Shown here piece after piece: positions 11,001-21,694 of a stretch of DNA of 64,000 bases (position 1 is its first letter; the number at the start of each line of letters is the position of its first letter). The stretch lies in the IMG/VR virus record IMGVR_UViG_3300028887_000001, positions 220,088 through 284,087 of that record; one strand, given 5' to 3'. The notes below the pieces were generated by a model. It saw only the letters and a program-made list of their open reading frames with translations. It had not been told where the DNA came from and did no database searches. The translations under genes and the position numbers were made by a program. The stretch is from a virus. Taxonomy: Duplodnaviria; Heunggongvirae; Uroviricota; Caudoviricetes.

Positions 11001-14000
11001 TATAAATGAATCCCTTTCTTCTGTGTTGGCACTTATATGATTATAAATGTCTTCTATAATACCAGTTGCAAGACCAATTAAATAATTTTCTGCATCAGAT
11101 GAAACATACCAATTTTCTGTGTTTTCTCCGCTTGTTGCTTCACTAACATATAATTGAACCTTTTCTTTTGTATAGCCACTAACCCAATTAAGTTGCTTTT
11201 CTTTCGACCATGAATAGAATTCATCCACTTGAACACTTTCGCCATTAAAGGTACTTGACGATACAAAGTCGATTTGTTCATGAGAGTAATATTCATAGTT
11301 CTTAAATGCAATTGTCTGGTATTTTGATGCGAGTGATGATAATAAGTTCTTATATATGTTGTTTGTCGTAGATAAATAATATGTGCCATAATAGAATAAC
11401 TCCTTACCAATATTTACAACCCAAGATTTAAGAGTTTCATTATTCTGTGTTTCTGTTATCTTATATTTTGCATATGTTTTTGCCCTACTCCTCACCCAAG
11501 CACTTCTATTATAAGAAGCAATACTGCTACTACTTCCAGCGTTGTAGATATTCCACCTAATAGATTTGCTATAAGTATTGGCGCTTATATCGTTAGCATT
11601 AGCGAAATGGTCGTTGTTATCGTATTTATTCGTATTAAGCCATGTGGTCTGTGCGCTTGCTACGTAACCGCTATAATTATCATATTTTTCATCATCGCCA
11701 AATGTTTCATTAATCCAATTCCTTATTCTATACGTCTGTTGTTGCGGCAATGAATTGAATTCCATCAAAGCAACATCAGATGACTTCTCGTGTAACCACT
11801 TTGTTCTGGTTTCACCACTCATGTTTGCTCTCAGGTTAATGTATTCTTCATACATCTGGCCACCAAGTTTTTCAACAAACCACTCTTCCTTATCGTAATC
11901 TGACCAGGAACCAACAGCATCGACGAATCGTTCTCCTGAATTCCTTAAAACAAAATCATGCTGGTCTTCTTCGCTAAGTTCATTAAAGTCAACCATCGCC
12001 CATTCACCGGCATGGTTTGCTATAAACTCATCAATTTCTTCTTGTGTTGACAATGATTTGTACTTATACAACTCACAATCACCAGCATTTCTGTATATCC
12101 ACCTTTCTTTTTCTGAATTACTATCTAAAGCGTTGAAATAATTAACCGCCCACGTTAAAGCGTTATCTTTTACCCACTCTTCTTGTTCTTGGGTGGTGAG
12201 TTGGTTGAAATTATTGGCCAACAATGATGAACTCAACCAAGTTTTTTTATCTTCATCACTCTGCCCAAAGAAGAACTCATAGCACTCTGTAATTACATTT
12301 CCAACAAACCAATTATATTGGTTCTCAACTAACTCATTTTTAAATTCATCTGCAAGGTCGTCACCACACTTATCTTTAATCCAAGAATACTGTTTATCTG
12401 TTAAAGCACTATCAAACCTTTGTAAAACACTTCCACCTGAATAAACGTGATTAAGAAGGCCAACAAAATCATTTGTGGATGGTCCAAACTCACCTTTAAG
12501 TTCATCATACAGATAAGAATAAAACGCAAGTGAAAGGCCATAACCACTTAAAAGTTGACTGTTAATCCATTCTGAATTAGCACTAAATGGTTTTGATGAT
12601 ACTAAAAAACCATCAATGCCTTGGGCAAACTCCTGTGCTTCAGACGCATTTACATCTGCAAGTTCACAAAACTTGGTAATGATGGCGCCCCTAAGCTTAT
12701 CAGCATTCGGGTAGTTTGGATGCTCACTAGTTGTTGTTCCAGTAATAGAAACCCATCCGCAATTATTGAAAAATGTTTTAGAAATGTCAATACCATCACC
12801 ATTAATTACAATCGTATCATTACTGCCATAAGCGGTGACAAACTCATATTTTTTTGCCACATCCAACCCATTAAGCATGGCATACCTATAATCTACGCAC
12901 TTATTAACAATCCATGTTCTTTTATCACTTGCATTATTATATTCATCACTTATTTCTGTGGCCCCAGTTGTTTTAACCCAACCCATGTTAGTGCCAGCTT
13001 GGTTATACCAACCCCTATCCGTACAATACTTTAAAATTGCAATATTTTCAAACATGTCTTCAGCAAAATAAGTTTGTGCGTTTTCAGAAGTTAGACCACT
13101 GAATACATCATATTCATCATTAAATTCTTCTTCAACAAATGTATCACCACTTTCTCCAAATTTCTCAAGTAGGAATTCTGTTATGGTATTAGCGGTTAAG
13201 TCATCTTCATGCTCACCTAACCACTCATAATTCTCTTCAAGTTCTTTCGCCTTGTTCTTAAGCCAGTAAATCTTTGCGTCATATGCAGTAAGACCATCGT
13301 ACTTTCTTTCATAATAGTCACCCAAAAAAACTTTTTGTTCACGCTCTGTTTTTTTAAGGAAATCATTAGAACCCACCAAAACATAACTTCCAACATCTTC
13401 AAGCCAAGAATTCACCATCCCTTCATCTTTGGCTTTTTTATATTGGGACATTAACCAACACTCTGCATTATTCTCAATCCATTTCTTTTCACCGCTTGTG
13501 TTTATTAAACTGAAATCATAGACAGATGCCTGTGCTGATTTGTTCTTTACATAATTCTCCTTGTCAGCATCACTTTCAAGACCATTGAAGTAATCAACAA
13601 TATCATCGCCAGCAACACTTGAAATCCAAGTCTCTCTTGTTGCGTTATCCCAACCGAAGAACTTATTAACAGATTCGTCCCCATAAGTCCTGTATGACGT
13701 TAGTGTTCTGCTAGAACCATCTCCGACATAATTCAATCTGAACCCGCCATAAAGGTCAATATCAACACTACCAGGTACAAAAGCCTTGCTATTTAAATTT
13801 CTAAAAGAGTCATATCCACTTGGCAATAACAATGGTGTCCTTCCAACAAATTGGTAGTCCATTCTCTTATCAACAGTTCTAACGCCAAAATACCCATAAA
13901 CGTCATATGGTTTATATCTCCCAATAACCTCTTGAGTAAAGTCGGTTGGCTGTATGTTTGCTATCGGCTTATCTGCATCGTGATAATCTTTGCTCATATA

Positions 14001-17000
14001 AGCAAACAAATTAACACCAAACTCCAAGTTTCCCTCATCAAAGTTTGCCGTTATTGTTTCGTTATTAATATAACCAACAACAACCTCATCAACAGGGTCT
14101 CCAGCCTTTAACATTGTAACACTATCATAGCTCCTTGGGTAATTTGAACCAACGATATGTGGTATGTTTATTTCATTTTCGGCATCACCGGCAATAGAAG
14201 CAACCTGTATATTATCCCCACTAAACACCCAGGTGTCAAGTGGAAATTCATTCACAACTTGTTTATAATCACCCAAATTATAGTTTGGCGATATCGCAAT
14301 TGGTAAAAAGTCATGGTCTACACTAATGTCATCAGCGTTTTTAAGTTTCATTTGGTTTCCACCAAAAACACGTGACACCATGTTTGATACATATAATAGT
14401 TGGTTTTCATATTTCAGAATTTCATTTGTGTCACTATCAACAAATTTATAGCCCCTATTCAAACTATATTTTACGTAACTACTTCCAGATACATTTGTAC
14501 TTATCCATGTTGTTGTTGTTTGGTCTGGGTGCGCTGTGTTTAGTGAATCAAATAGATTAAAATTATAACCATGACTATCAATAAATTTCGCATCCGGAAC
14601 GTCTGATGAATTGGATGGCGACCACCACTCATATGGTGACCAACCGGCAAGATAAACCACAGGTATGTTGTTCAATTCTAGTGTTGCATTTACATAAGCC
14701 TGGAATCTAACCGTTAATTCGCTCTTAACGCATGGGTGTTTAAAATCTTGTTCATCACATTTCGTCCTTAACACCTCACATGATATTTTTACCTCCTCAA
14801 CCTCTATTGGGAATTTGATTCTTATTGTCTTACTTAAGTTTGTTCTATCTGCCTCCCAGGAATCAAAATCAGAGTCAAACTTGAGTTGAACTTTCATGTC
14901 ATCGCTATTTCGGTCATCAAACTCGTTTGAACCATACACAAAAGCGTTCAACTTATTTCCAGAACCGCCAGCGTAATAGTATGTTTCACCAGTGTTACAA
15001 CCAGTACCTTCTCTATCATCATAACTGCAACTAGAACCGCTAAAATGACCTATCAGGCGATTGTCTATCATGTCGATTATCAGTTCATGTTTATTCTCAT
15101 ATGGATTTTCTTCTGCACTGTATTGAACCGACACAGCCTCTTCATCTACATTAAAGTTGGATTCAAATGTTCTGTTATCTGAATCAGTTATCGTTATCTT
15201 ATAATTTCTTCCTGCAAGAAGACCGTCTATAACAAACTCGCTACTTAAAGTATTTTCTTCACCATTGGCAATAGTCACTGAACCCTGTGTAACTGTCCAC
15301 GTAATTGGCTTTGAAACCCTGAATGTGAATACCGTTATTGAACCATATTGTTCACCATTTTCACCACATGATAAAGCACTATTCTGTGAAATGTTTATAA
15401 CAGAGTCGTTCGATACGGTTTCTTCATCATAACCTATATAATTGTTTCTCAAAACGTCAAGCGCAGAGTATCCACTTCTCAAACCAAAATAGAAATAGAA
15501 TGAATTCTTTGGAATATATAATGGCCCGTTTAAGTAATTTAATGCCGTTGTTCCATTTTCTTCTTCTTTACCCTTTCCATTATAATAGTGAAAAATGCTA
15601 CAACTCTGTCGAAACGGCCCTAACCAACCATCATAGTATCCAAACCTAAACGTCATATAAGATTTGTCGACATAATCAGATGCAAGATTAATTGAACCAT
15701 TAAAATTGTTATCAGCTATATAATCCCTAAGCCTACCATCAAAACCATGGATTGAAAGTGGTGTTGAAATATATTTTCTATTACCAATACCATCAATGAC
15801 ATATTTTTTAATTGATTGGTTCATGGAAGCGAATGCAGAGCGATTTTCGTTCTGTGAAATATCATATGCGTCGATTATTCCATTTGTCGGCACTGTAACA
15901 TTATTGATTTTAAAAGTCATATCATTATGGACATCAAGCTCGCATATTCTTGATGTATTAATAAATGTTGCAATATCATATGCCAACATATCATCAACAT
16001 CATCCCTAACCAATTCAAAATACAGTGACACCCTTCTTATTAATTGAGTAAGAAGAACTATATAATTTTTATCACTCATGTTTATGCACCTCTTTGCTCC
16101 ATTTAACAAAGCCATCGCTGCATCACTAGAGTAATTATATTCCATGTATGATATATTACTAGTCCAACCATCACCACCAGCCATTTCACTGTGGTAATCA
16201 TCACTACTTTTTTGTCCGTATGAGTAATTTGAAAAAACATCAATCAAATCTTCGTTTTTGTCAACACCCTTTGTGACCTGATTGCGATAACAATGCTTGC
16301 TCATACCGGATTCATTCATATCAAATGTCGTTCCTATTGGCGGAAATGTTGCAGTCGTTATTGGTAATGAATTATAAAGCTTTGGCAAGTGGTCATAAAT
16401 ATCTTCTAGATTACCAAGTAATATAATGTCACTCGCGTAGAGCATTCTATATACAACTTGTTCGGTTGGGCCAAATATTTCATTTGTCTTATCATTAATT
16501 AACTGTAATCCACCACACCTGTAATAAAAAACATCTTGATTTAGAATTGTTTTTTTCTTTGTGATTATTCCACACTTTAAACTTGAACGTGTAAATGTGA
16601 AAATTTTATCCTCATCAACCCATGAAGTAATGTCCCCCCAACCATTTTTATCTTTAGTGTCATAACTCCTATCCTTGTTCGTGTCGCGCCCATGCCAGTA
16701 CATTTTTGTGTTCTTAATATTAAACATTGTACTTCCGTCTGGCACGAAAAAATTGTGCCTACCACTTATATAAACATTGTCATATGTAGAGGCGTGTTCT
16801 CTTTTATCATTATTTGCGTTGTCACCATCGTCATTCTTCCTGCCAAAATAATCCCCATTCTTTACACCAAATTTGGGGAAATACAAGCACCCGTTAATCC
16901 AGTCGTTTTCAAAGCAGAAATGCAAACCCTTTTCAGTCAACCTTTCATTTCCGGTATCCTCTGACATATGATAATAAAACCACCAACTGCACCTTTCATC

Positions 17001-18554
17001 TATTGCCATTTCTGGACCCGCATACATCGTTGTGTATGGAAAGGTATTTAAGCCATTAATCATATCGCATGAAGAAATACATGACTGCCTAAATGAATAT
17101 ATTGGTGGATAACCAGCAAAGTTATACATCTCTTTTGCATCATCATCATCAATCTTCAAAAGATAATCCTTATAAGGTTTGTATGCATTCTCTTTACTAT
17201 TATATCTTCTAACTGGTTTAAGATTATCTTCATACTGAAATCTTGGATAATATTGTTTTACACTATATACCTTCCCCCAATACAAATCCCTGAAATGTTC
17301 ATCTGGTGTATTTGAGCCAAACTCATATATCTTCACATAATCATCTGGATATGTGACATCATACGAAGAACCACTTCCAGTCTTTGTCATCCCACTTGGG
17401 ATTGGTTCACGAGAACCTTCTCCATAATATTCCAATTCTGGGTTGCATGGAACCAACATTTTTGCTGTTACGCCTCCAGATGTGTTATTATTTGAAAGAC
17501 TTATTCTGAACCTAACTCTAGCCCTTGTTGGAATTCCCTTATTGGGGTCATTTATAGCAATTCTATTACCAAATTCATCTGTACCAATTCTGTCTAAGTT
17601 CATTGGAATTTGATAGCACCAAACACCAAACGCATCTATGATTCCCTTTACATTATCCTTTAACTCCTCAACACCACCATCTTGAGTCTTTCTGATAACC
17701 TCGATGTCACCAGTGCTTGTTGCAAGCGTCTCAAACATACCATTTGATGCATTTGGTTTGCCCATTTCATCGATATATGTACCATCTGGGTCTGTTATTG
17801 AACTGCCCATGAACACACATGATGGTTCAAACTTATAGTCGATGTTTATGTCATTTCTGGTAATTCCGATTTTATTTACGTCCTTATCTCCCCAGAATGG
17901 ATATACATATGTTGAGATGTCGCTTGAGATTATATGTACTGCCGTATCAAGGTCTTCGTCTGTAAATTTCGTCTTAGATTTGAAAAGGTTTGCATCATAG
18001 CCCTTTGCAATGAAATCATATGGGTGTTGTGAAATAATACCAATATCTGAAAGGTCACAATCATAATGTATCTGACAACTTCCTGTTGGTACACCAAATA
18101 TCATATAGTCACCGGATTCATTTGTTGTTGTTGTGTATTTCCAATATTTGTCAAACACTTCAACACAACCGTCGTTGTCAAGAACCATCTTTTTGCTTGG
18201 GAATGTCCCTGCACCACCATTTCTTTGTGGGAGAACATTGTACCTTGCACCATTTGCATCCCTTGTTTGTGATGTTTTGAATGGGTATTCATTTGAAATG
18301 ACATAATCATTTTCATCAACATCATCAAGAGGGACGAACACGCTGATTTTAACATTTGGCACACCAAAAGCTTCATTGGCCAAAACTCGGCCAACTATCA
18401 CGCCATAATCACTGGTATGCTTTTCATACACATCCTCAGGATTTATTTCAAGTGATAGAATGTTAAGTGTCTTTACACCCTGCTTAAGGTTTACCTTTAA
18501 AACCTTGTCTTCGCCATTTACTTGGGTTCTTATTCGATAATTCTTGTTTGACAT
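8055..18554 (-). CDS. Giant (3499 aa) putative baseplate/tail-associated protein with a central alpha-helical repeat region
   Basis: Uninterrupted 10.5-kb ORF directly downstream of the gp6-like gene. N-terminal beta-rich region, then about 25 degenerate [FY]xxL...KxxW[ILV] repeats. Confidence 0.7.
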   Translation of the reverse strand: MSNKNYRIRTQVNGEDKVLKVNLKQGVKTLNILSLEINPEDVYEKHTSDYGVIVGRVLANEAFGVPNVKISVFVPLDDVDENDYVISNEYPFKTSQTRDANGARYNVLPQRNGGAGTFPSKKMVLDNDGCVEVFDKYWKYTTTTNESGDYMIFGVPTGSCQIHYDCDLSDIGIISQHPYDFIAKGYDANLFKSKTKFTDEDLDTAVHIISSDISTYVYPFWGDKDVNKIGITRNDINIDYKFEPSCVFMGSSITDPDGTYIDEMGKPNASNGMFETLATSTGDIEVIRKTQDGGVEELKDNVKGIIDAFGVWCYQIPMNLDRIGTDEFGNRIAINDPNKGIPTRARVRFRISLSNNNTSGGVTAKMLVPCNPELEYYGEGSREPIPSGMTKTGSGSSYDVTYPDDYVKIYEFGSNTPDEHFRDLYWGKVYSVKQYYPRFQYEDNLKPVRRYNSKENAYKPYKDYLLKIDDDDAKEMYNFAGYPPIYSFRQSCISSCDMINGLNTFPYTTMYAGPEMAIDERCSWWFYYHMSEDTGNERLTEKGLHFCFENDWINGCLYFPKFGVKNGDYFGRKNDDGDNANNDKREHASTYDNVYISGRHNFFVPDGSTMFNIKNTKMYWHGRDTNKDRSYDTKDKNGWGDITSWVDEDKIFTFTRSSLKCGIITKKKTILNQDVFYYRCGGLQLINDKTNEIFGPTEQVVYRMLYASDIILLGNLEDIYDHLPKLYNSLPITTATFPPIGTTFDMNESGMSKHCYRNQVTKGVDKNEDLIDVFSNYSYGQKSSDDYHSEMAGGDGWTSNISYMEYNYSSDAAMALLNGAKRCINMSDKNYIVLLTQLIRRVSLYFELVRDDVDDMLAYDIATFINTSRICELDVHNDMTFKINNVTVPTNGIIDAYDISQNENRSAFASMNQSIKKYVIDGIGNRKYISTPLSIHGFDGRLRDYIADNNFNGSINLASDYVDKSYMTFRFGYYDGWLGPFRQSCSIFHYYNGKGKEEENGTTALNYLNGPLYIPKNSFYFYFGLRSGYSALDVLRNNYIGYDEETVSNDSVINISQNSALSCGENGEQYGSITVFTFRVSKPITWTVTQGSVTIANGEENTLSSEFVIDGLLAGRNYKITITDSDNRTFESNFNVDEEAVSVQYSAEENPYENKHELIIDMIDNRLIGHFSGSSCSYDDREGTGCNTGETYYYAGGSGNKLNAFVYGSNEFDDRNSDDMKVQLKFDSDFDSWEADRTNLSKTIRIKFPIEVEEVKISCEVLRTKCDEQDFKHPCVKSELTVRFQAYVNATLELNNIPVVYLAGWSPYEWWSPSNSSDVPDAKFIDSHGYNFNLFDSLNTAHPDQTTTTWISTNVSGSSYVKYSLNRGYKFVDSDTNEILKYENQLLYVSNMVSRVFGGNQMKLKNADDISVDHDFLPIAISPNYNLGDYKQVVNEFPLDTWVFSGDNIQVASIAGDAENEINIPHIVGSNYPRSYDSVTMLKAGDPVDEVVVGYINNETITANFDEGNLEFGVNLFAYMSKDYHDADKPIANIQPTDFTQEVIGRYKPYDVYGYFGVRTVDKRMDYQFVGRTPLLLPSGYDSFRNLNSKAFVPGSVDIDLYGGFRLNYVGDGSSRTLTSYRTYGDESVNKFFGWDNATRETWISSVAGDDIVDYFNGLESDADKENYVKNKSAQASVYDFSLINTSGEKKWIENNAECWLMSQYKKAKDEGMVNSWLEDVGSYVLVGSNDFLKKTEREQKVFLGDYYERKYDGLTAYDAKIYWLKNKAKELEENYEWLGEHEDDLTANTITEFLLEKFGESGDTFVEEEFNDEYDVFSGLTSENAQTYFAEDMFENIAILKYCTDRGWYNQAGTNMGWVKTTGATEISDEYNNASDKRTWIVNKCVDYRYAMLNGLDVAKKYEFVTAYGSNDTIVINGDGIDISKTFFNNCGWVSITGTTTSEHPNYPNADKLRGAIITKFCELADVNASEAQEFAQGIDGFLVSSKPFSANSEWINSQLLSGYGLSLAFYSYLYDELKGEFGPSTNDFVGLLNHVYSGGSVLQRFDSALTDKQYSWIKDKCGDDLADEFKNELVENQYNWFVGNVITECYEFFFGQSDEDKKTWLSSSLLANNFNQLTTQEQEEWVKDNALTWAVNYFNALDSNSEKERWIYRNAGDCELYKYKSLSTQEEIDEFIANHAGEWAMVDFNELSEEDQHDFVLRNSGERFVDAVGSWSDYDKEEWFVEKLGGQMYEEYINLRANMSGETRTKWLHEKSSDVALMEFNSLPQQQTYRIRNWINETFGDDEKYDNYSGYVASAQTTWLNTNKYDNNDHFANANDISANTYSKSIRWNIYNAGSSSSIASYNRSAWVRSRAKTYAKYKITETQNNETLKSWVVNIGKELFYYGTYYLSTTNNIYKNLLSSLASKYQTIAFKNYEYYSHEQIDFVSSSTFNGESVQVDEFYSWSKEKQLNWVSGYTKEKVQLYVSEATSGENTENWYVSSDAENYLIGLATGIIEDIYNHISANTEERDSFIIDLYTDWANNAFYALRTGKNTYLTHDGLQTEDNWLSGSTISGVSATTLSENSGCVEWATAEYSLSIQKAKEDWVKNEAIAKIDDEYDNVTGSRYLFVWKKCFEWARTIYEILSQEEKEAYLRELYAQRTEIGFFGFDDEQEERWIRKIGGTNAIKEFEEWDIDDATKYFLSENNVNEAAFYECETEQQKETLLNEYGLCDQYSAMTLTTQTIKDEYIRKNAKEAINAEYYALTYKDARKYWFIDVCGDVEYYAYSGLSNDDLKANFINKLDGDWESFSVLNDSDKKTWIKTVVGEEAFDEYSGLIKSQEKESYVRECAKSWYENIFNNYSDSGTTIYTNVVGYEAWNDKMWWIYFHSEGSVSERVAYASDNWNNSEISGIVVSSLIREFNSATKEDARYYWLNNKMSGINVSDDSFADSWANAMIDEFYQITTLSSENKEKCGEALHRSLVEKYGGNWAVFKGWSSDKKQAWLASKDVDGIYNNISYLISQNAGDANEVIDGLKKWWIYLNGGDWTLMKFNAMPEKDKRSFVYENGGGQLITGGPQRLETVEGRGDGAKLFDVSFYEEGSDGTFEVSENKITENDINIWDMITDYGQYYDEFIPLYTMPSDIDHVKYSISDLADGDASFNASFTDCSTAFSNGFVIGGNNENLSISYEPGVKVIRSIDLAKYDVGYEFSNIGACAESATTSASTSAFTTICASFAGTYLAVNIQDDNEWGGERYTDVRTDDYNDGIYPSWAEYSNGDISNVSKKAEFAAYVCVPNSTGYSVVYSYSFKMSDAINYDRTQFVCPYGVDGGDEMIFYPMPDIELSDSSHDFKFQPVGRVGEEWEDLPSNSFLIIPTRKIYKINAANTQLKQGVIYNRGCTYYTGSMYAILNVDRTSMCIRVNTPLRSSGETINYQTNSLKAHEFHSYNWHTFGELDELYWTNSENGITVNYKPSRMEFNVRRNNNEITETTVYFSIKNGLRYRMKIYFEDQDI
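9400..13680 (-). repeat. Degenerate ~22-25 aa alpha-helical protein repeats within the 3499-aa protein
   Basis: Examples: FNQLTTQEQEEWVKDNA, FNALDSNSEKERWIYRNAG, FNELSEEDQHDFVLRNSG, FSVLNDSDKKTWIKTVVG, FNAMPEKDKRSFVYENGG. Boundaries approximate. Confidence 0.7.
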
Positions 18555-18577
18555 TTATTCACAAAACCTTTTCTTTT

Positions 18578-20581
18578 TTATTTTTGTTTTACTCTGACTC
18601 TTATATCAACGTCTGGGTTCTTTATTTCATACATTGCATTATAATCACCAAGCAAAACAGAATCTGTCGCATCTATGTCGATTCTCTCAACATCTGCACC
18701 ATCAATCATGAAGCCTTGTTCGGTTTCAACATTACATTCGCTGTAATGGGTATCTTCCATTGATGGTAATGGGCATTCATCGGTACTATAAGCCCCATTA
18801 TGAATCTTGTATATCTTGAGGTCTATTAAACCTATAACACCATCGAGATTTGATATTTCCTTATATAAGTCTCCAATGAAAATATCTTCTCCCATATTAT
18901 GCTTATTAACATCCATATAATCTTCTACAGTTCTGATTATGGACGCTATGACATCTGCTGCGTTATAACTCTTGTCAATAAATGCGTCAACAAGGAAACC
19001 AAGATTATATATTTTTCCACTCTTTATTTCAACATAATCACCAATGCTCTTATAATGGCTCAAATATTTCTCTATATTCGAAGCAAGTGTGCTAGGAATG
19101 CCCTTATAAAGTGTTCCATTTGCGTTCATTCCAAGTAAACTCAAAACAATCTTGTTATTCTCTTCAATTGCAGAACATCTAAATGGTGCACCATATTTTG
19201 GTGGCATCATCATCAGCCTATTCTGATAGTCTTTAACGCTGACACACCTATCTTGTGCCGATGTGTTGTATTTGATGATATATTTCAACTCCTCTGTTGT
19301 TGGTGCATCCTTACCGGCTATTGATGGTGTTGTGTTTGTTACTGACATTGTCTGCAATATTGATGCCTTGTAGTCATTGTCACTTCCAACCATGTCAGGG
19401 AAGTCCACCTGCATCGATTTTATCGTTGTTATTGCGCCATTTGCAACATTTGTGTCGATACCGCCGCCAACATTATATAGAATGTACATTGTCCAGCCAA
19501 TCTTTGGCAAAACACCAAGCATATCATTGTTCATAATCTTTGCCATTCTATACTCTGAATAGGTTGTACCATCTGGTATTGTGGTATATTCAACACCAGG
19601 ACCGAATATTAGCTTCATATAGCCATTGTTGGTGTATTCTGTGATGAATTTCTGCTTCAATGGCTTCCAAGAGCCCCTATATATTCTTGATAAAGTATTT
19701 CCAGACTCATCAAAGTCATCGTAAGCCTCAGGGTTATACTTATCAAGTAAAATACCCTCATGGAATTTTGTGTCATCCATTTCAGGTGCCCATCTCCATT
19801 GGTTAACCAATGAATTCGTCTCAAAATACCTATATGTTGTCACAGAACCGTTTCTGAATTGGTATTGTTCCTCATTAACATAGAATTCTGATATTTCTGG
19901 TGTTACTGTAATGTTATTGCTTGACTTGAATATAACGCTTTCAACATTAAGAACATCTGTATCTGGAAGCATAACCTCCATAAATGGCACAACATCACCA
20001 TCGCCAAGCACTTTTTTGTAAATCTTTCTTTGACATGCGCTTGCAACAACTGATTTTGTTACAGTATAACCTGTTATTTGGCCATTTGCGTTCCTTAAAG
20101 GTGAATATGTTCTATTGGAAAAACCATCATAGTTAAATTGCTCCCTGAAATCGACATTTTCGTCAATCGTATAGGACAAATTTCCAGTTCCAACAACACA
20201 ATTTCTCTGTATTACAGGTGCAACACTCCATTTTGGCTGAGAATTGTCCCCATCATTACCAACCGGAAGTATGCAAGAGAATTTAATCTCACACATACCA
20301 GCTTTGGGGCCTGGAACTTTCAAACCATTCGACCTTGCAATGTTAATTAACGCCTGTCTTGAATTTGTACTACTCAACTGCGTGTCTTGAAACGTTCTGT
20401 CAATGTGGTAGTTCAAACTATCAACACAATCAGCAAGCGCATCAACAATAAATGAACTTACGCTTGTATCACTACCAAAATTATCACTCAATTCTGGATA
20501 ACTTTGCTTTGCATATGCTATTATATCAGCCTTAATGCTATCGAAATCTCGACTTAAATAATTTATGTGGTTCTGTGCCAT
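18578..20581 (-). CDS. gp6: Baseplate wedge subunit (T4 gp6 / baseplate J-like)
   Basis: N-terminal YLSRDFDSIKADIIAYAK...FG, later YxVGGG and AQDRCVSVKDY motifs typical of gp6-like wedges. Follows the gp25-like gene. Confidence 0.8.
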   Translation of the reverse strand: MAQNHINYLSRDFDSIKADIIAYAKQSYPELSDNFGSDTSVSSFIVDALADCVDSLNYHIDRTFQDTQLSSTNSRQALINIARSNGLKVPGPKAGMCEIKFSCILPVGNDGDNSQPKWSVAPVIQRNCVVGTGNLSYTIDENVDFREQFNYDGFSNRTYSPLRNANGQITGYTVTKSVVASACQRKIYKKVLGDGDVVPFMEVMLPDTDVLNVESVIFKSSNNITVTPEISEFYVNEEQYQFRNGSVTTYRYFETNSLVNQWRWAPEMDDTKFHEGILLDKYNPEAYDDFDESGNTLSRIYRGSWKPLKQKFITEYTNNGYMKLIFGPGVEYTTIPDGTTYSEYRMAKIMNNDMLGVLPKIGWTMYILYNVGGGIDTNVANGAITTIKSMQVDFPDMVGSDNDYKASILQTMSVTNTTPSIAGKDAPTTEELKYIIKYNTSAQDRCVSVKDYQNRLMMMPPKYGAPFRCSAIEENNKIVLSLLGMNANGTLYKGIPSTLASNIEKYLSHYKSIGDYVEIKSGKIYNLGFLVDAFIDKSYNAADVIASIIRTVEDYMDVNKHNMGEDIFIGDLYKEISNLDGVIGLIDLKIYKIHNGAYSTDECPLPSMEDTHYSECNVETEQGFMIDGADVERIDIDATDSVLLGDYNAMYEIKNPDVDIRVRVKQK

Positions 20582-20588
20582 ATTTTTT

Positions 20589-20975
20589 TTATAATTCTAC
20601 TGCAATACTGTTATTATATGATGAATTTCCATCCTGTACACTATAATCAATCCTAACATAAATGCTCATGCCATCTTCAGATGACAAAACTTCAATGTTG
20701 TTTAATTTTACACCCCTAACCCACTTCGAAACGCTCTCTTGAATCTCTTTCTTAACGCCAGACCATGATTCACCATCGTTCGGCTCAAAAATATACTTGA
20801 TTAAATTGGTTCCAAAATCTGGTTTTCTCAATCTTTGACCTTTTGGTGTAAAAATAACATGTAATATGTCACTAGCAACACGGTCTTTCTGGTTTGAATT
20901 CAAGTCAAACACATAATTCTCCGTGCCACCGTCTGTGAATGGATATTTTATATCAAAATATTGTTTTCTAGACAT
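20589..20975 (-). CDS. gp25: Baseplate wedge / sheath initiator (T4 gp25-like)
   Basis: TPKGQRLRKPDFGTNLIKYIFEP motif characteristic of the GPW/gp25 family; size 128 aa. Confidence 0.88.
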   Translation of the reverse strand: MSRKQYFDIKYPFTDGGTENYVFDLNSNQKDRVASDILHVIFTPKGQRLRKPDFGTNLIKYIFEPNDGESWSGVKKEIQESVSKWVRGVKLNNIEVLSSEDGMSIYVRIDYSVQDGNSSYNNSIAVEL

Positions 20976-21044
20976 TGATTTTAATTATCTCTTATATTAC
21001 TATAAGTATTTAATATATAACTTTTGGAAATTAATTTTCAAGAT

Positions 21045-21076
21045 AAAAAAAAGCTGGTTCGCAATCGCAAACCAGC
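21045..21076 (-). terminator. Rho-independent terminator
   Basis: GCTGGTT...AACCAGC stem with a U-tract on the minus strand, between the early gene and the baseplate genes. Confidence 0.65.
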
Positions 21077-21120
21077 CAAACAAAACACAAAATATCTATC
21101 AGCCAAATTCCCCCTACAAA

Positions 21121-21657
21121 TTACTCTGGTCGATAGAAATTATCAATATTATCAATTATATACTTCGCCTTTACATCCATAAGAACATCAACAGTCTCCC
21201 TGTTGAATTCACCAGAGAAAGCGCTCGTCATTGTTGTGAACGGATTACACTTACACCTGTGAATAGCATATTTCTTTCCAATTTCTTCATCATACTCGTC
21301 AACACCATTGTAAAGAGAGAAGCCAATTGTAAGAATCTTCGTCTTTACTTTATACTCTTCAAGCAACGGGCCATACATGCAGTCCTTTTGTGTCTCAACA
21401 TGCGCAGCAACGGTCAAAACCTTACCATCACCGACCTCGTAATTCTTAACTACATAAGGAGATTTCTCACCACCTTTAACAAAAGATGTGATATCGTTCC
21501 TTGTTACAACTTTCCAATTTTCAATCCCTTCGTTGAAATCCACAAGATACTTAACATCGGTCTTACCACCAACAGAACTAATCTCCCTGGCTCTTACAAC
21601 ACCAACCTTACCGTCAGACTTCCTGACAACACTTTGATTAACCTTAAATTTCGACAT
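21121..21657 (-). CDS. Hypothetical protein (178 aa) with a possible SH3/KOW-like N-terminus
   Basis: ORF has its own TAnnTTTG promoter and terminator. N-terminal FKVNQSVVRKSDGKVGVV pattern. Confidence 0.65.
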   Translation of the reverse strand: MSKFKVNQSVVRKSDGKVGVVRAREISSVGGKTDVKYLVDFNEGIENWKVVTRNDITSFVKGGEKSPYVVKNYEVGDGKVLTVAAHVETQKDCMYGPLLEEYKVKTKILTIGFSLYNGVDEYDEEIGKKYAIHRCKCNPFTTMTSAFSGEFNRETVDVLMDVKAKYIIDNIDNFYRPE

Positions 21658-21694
21658 TTTCTTTTTTTTTTATGTTAAACATTAAATTCTGATG

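Noticed and set aside
20923-21678. 251-aa plus-strand ORF
   Set aside because: Antisense to a gene with its own promoter and terminator, and crosses intergenic signals.
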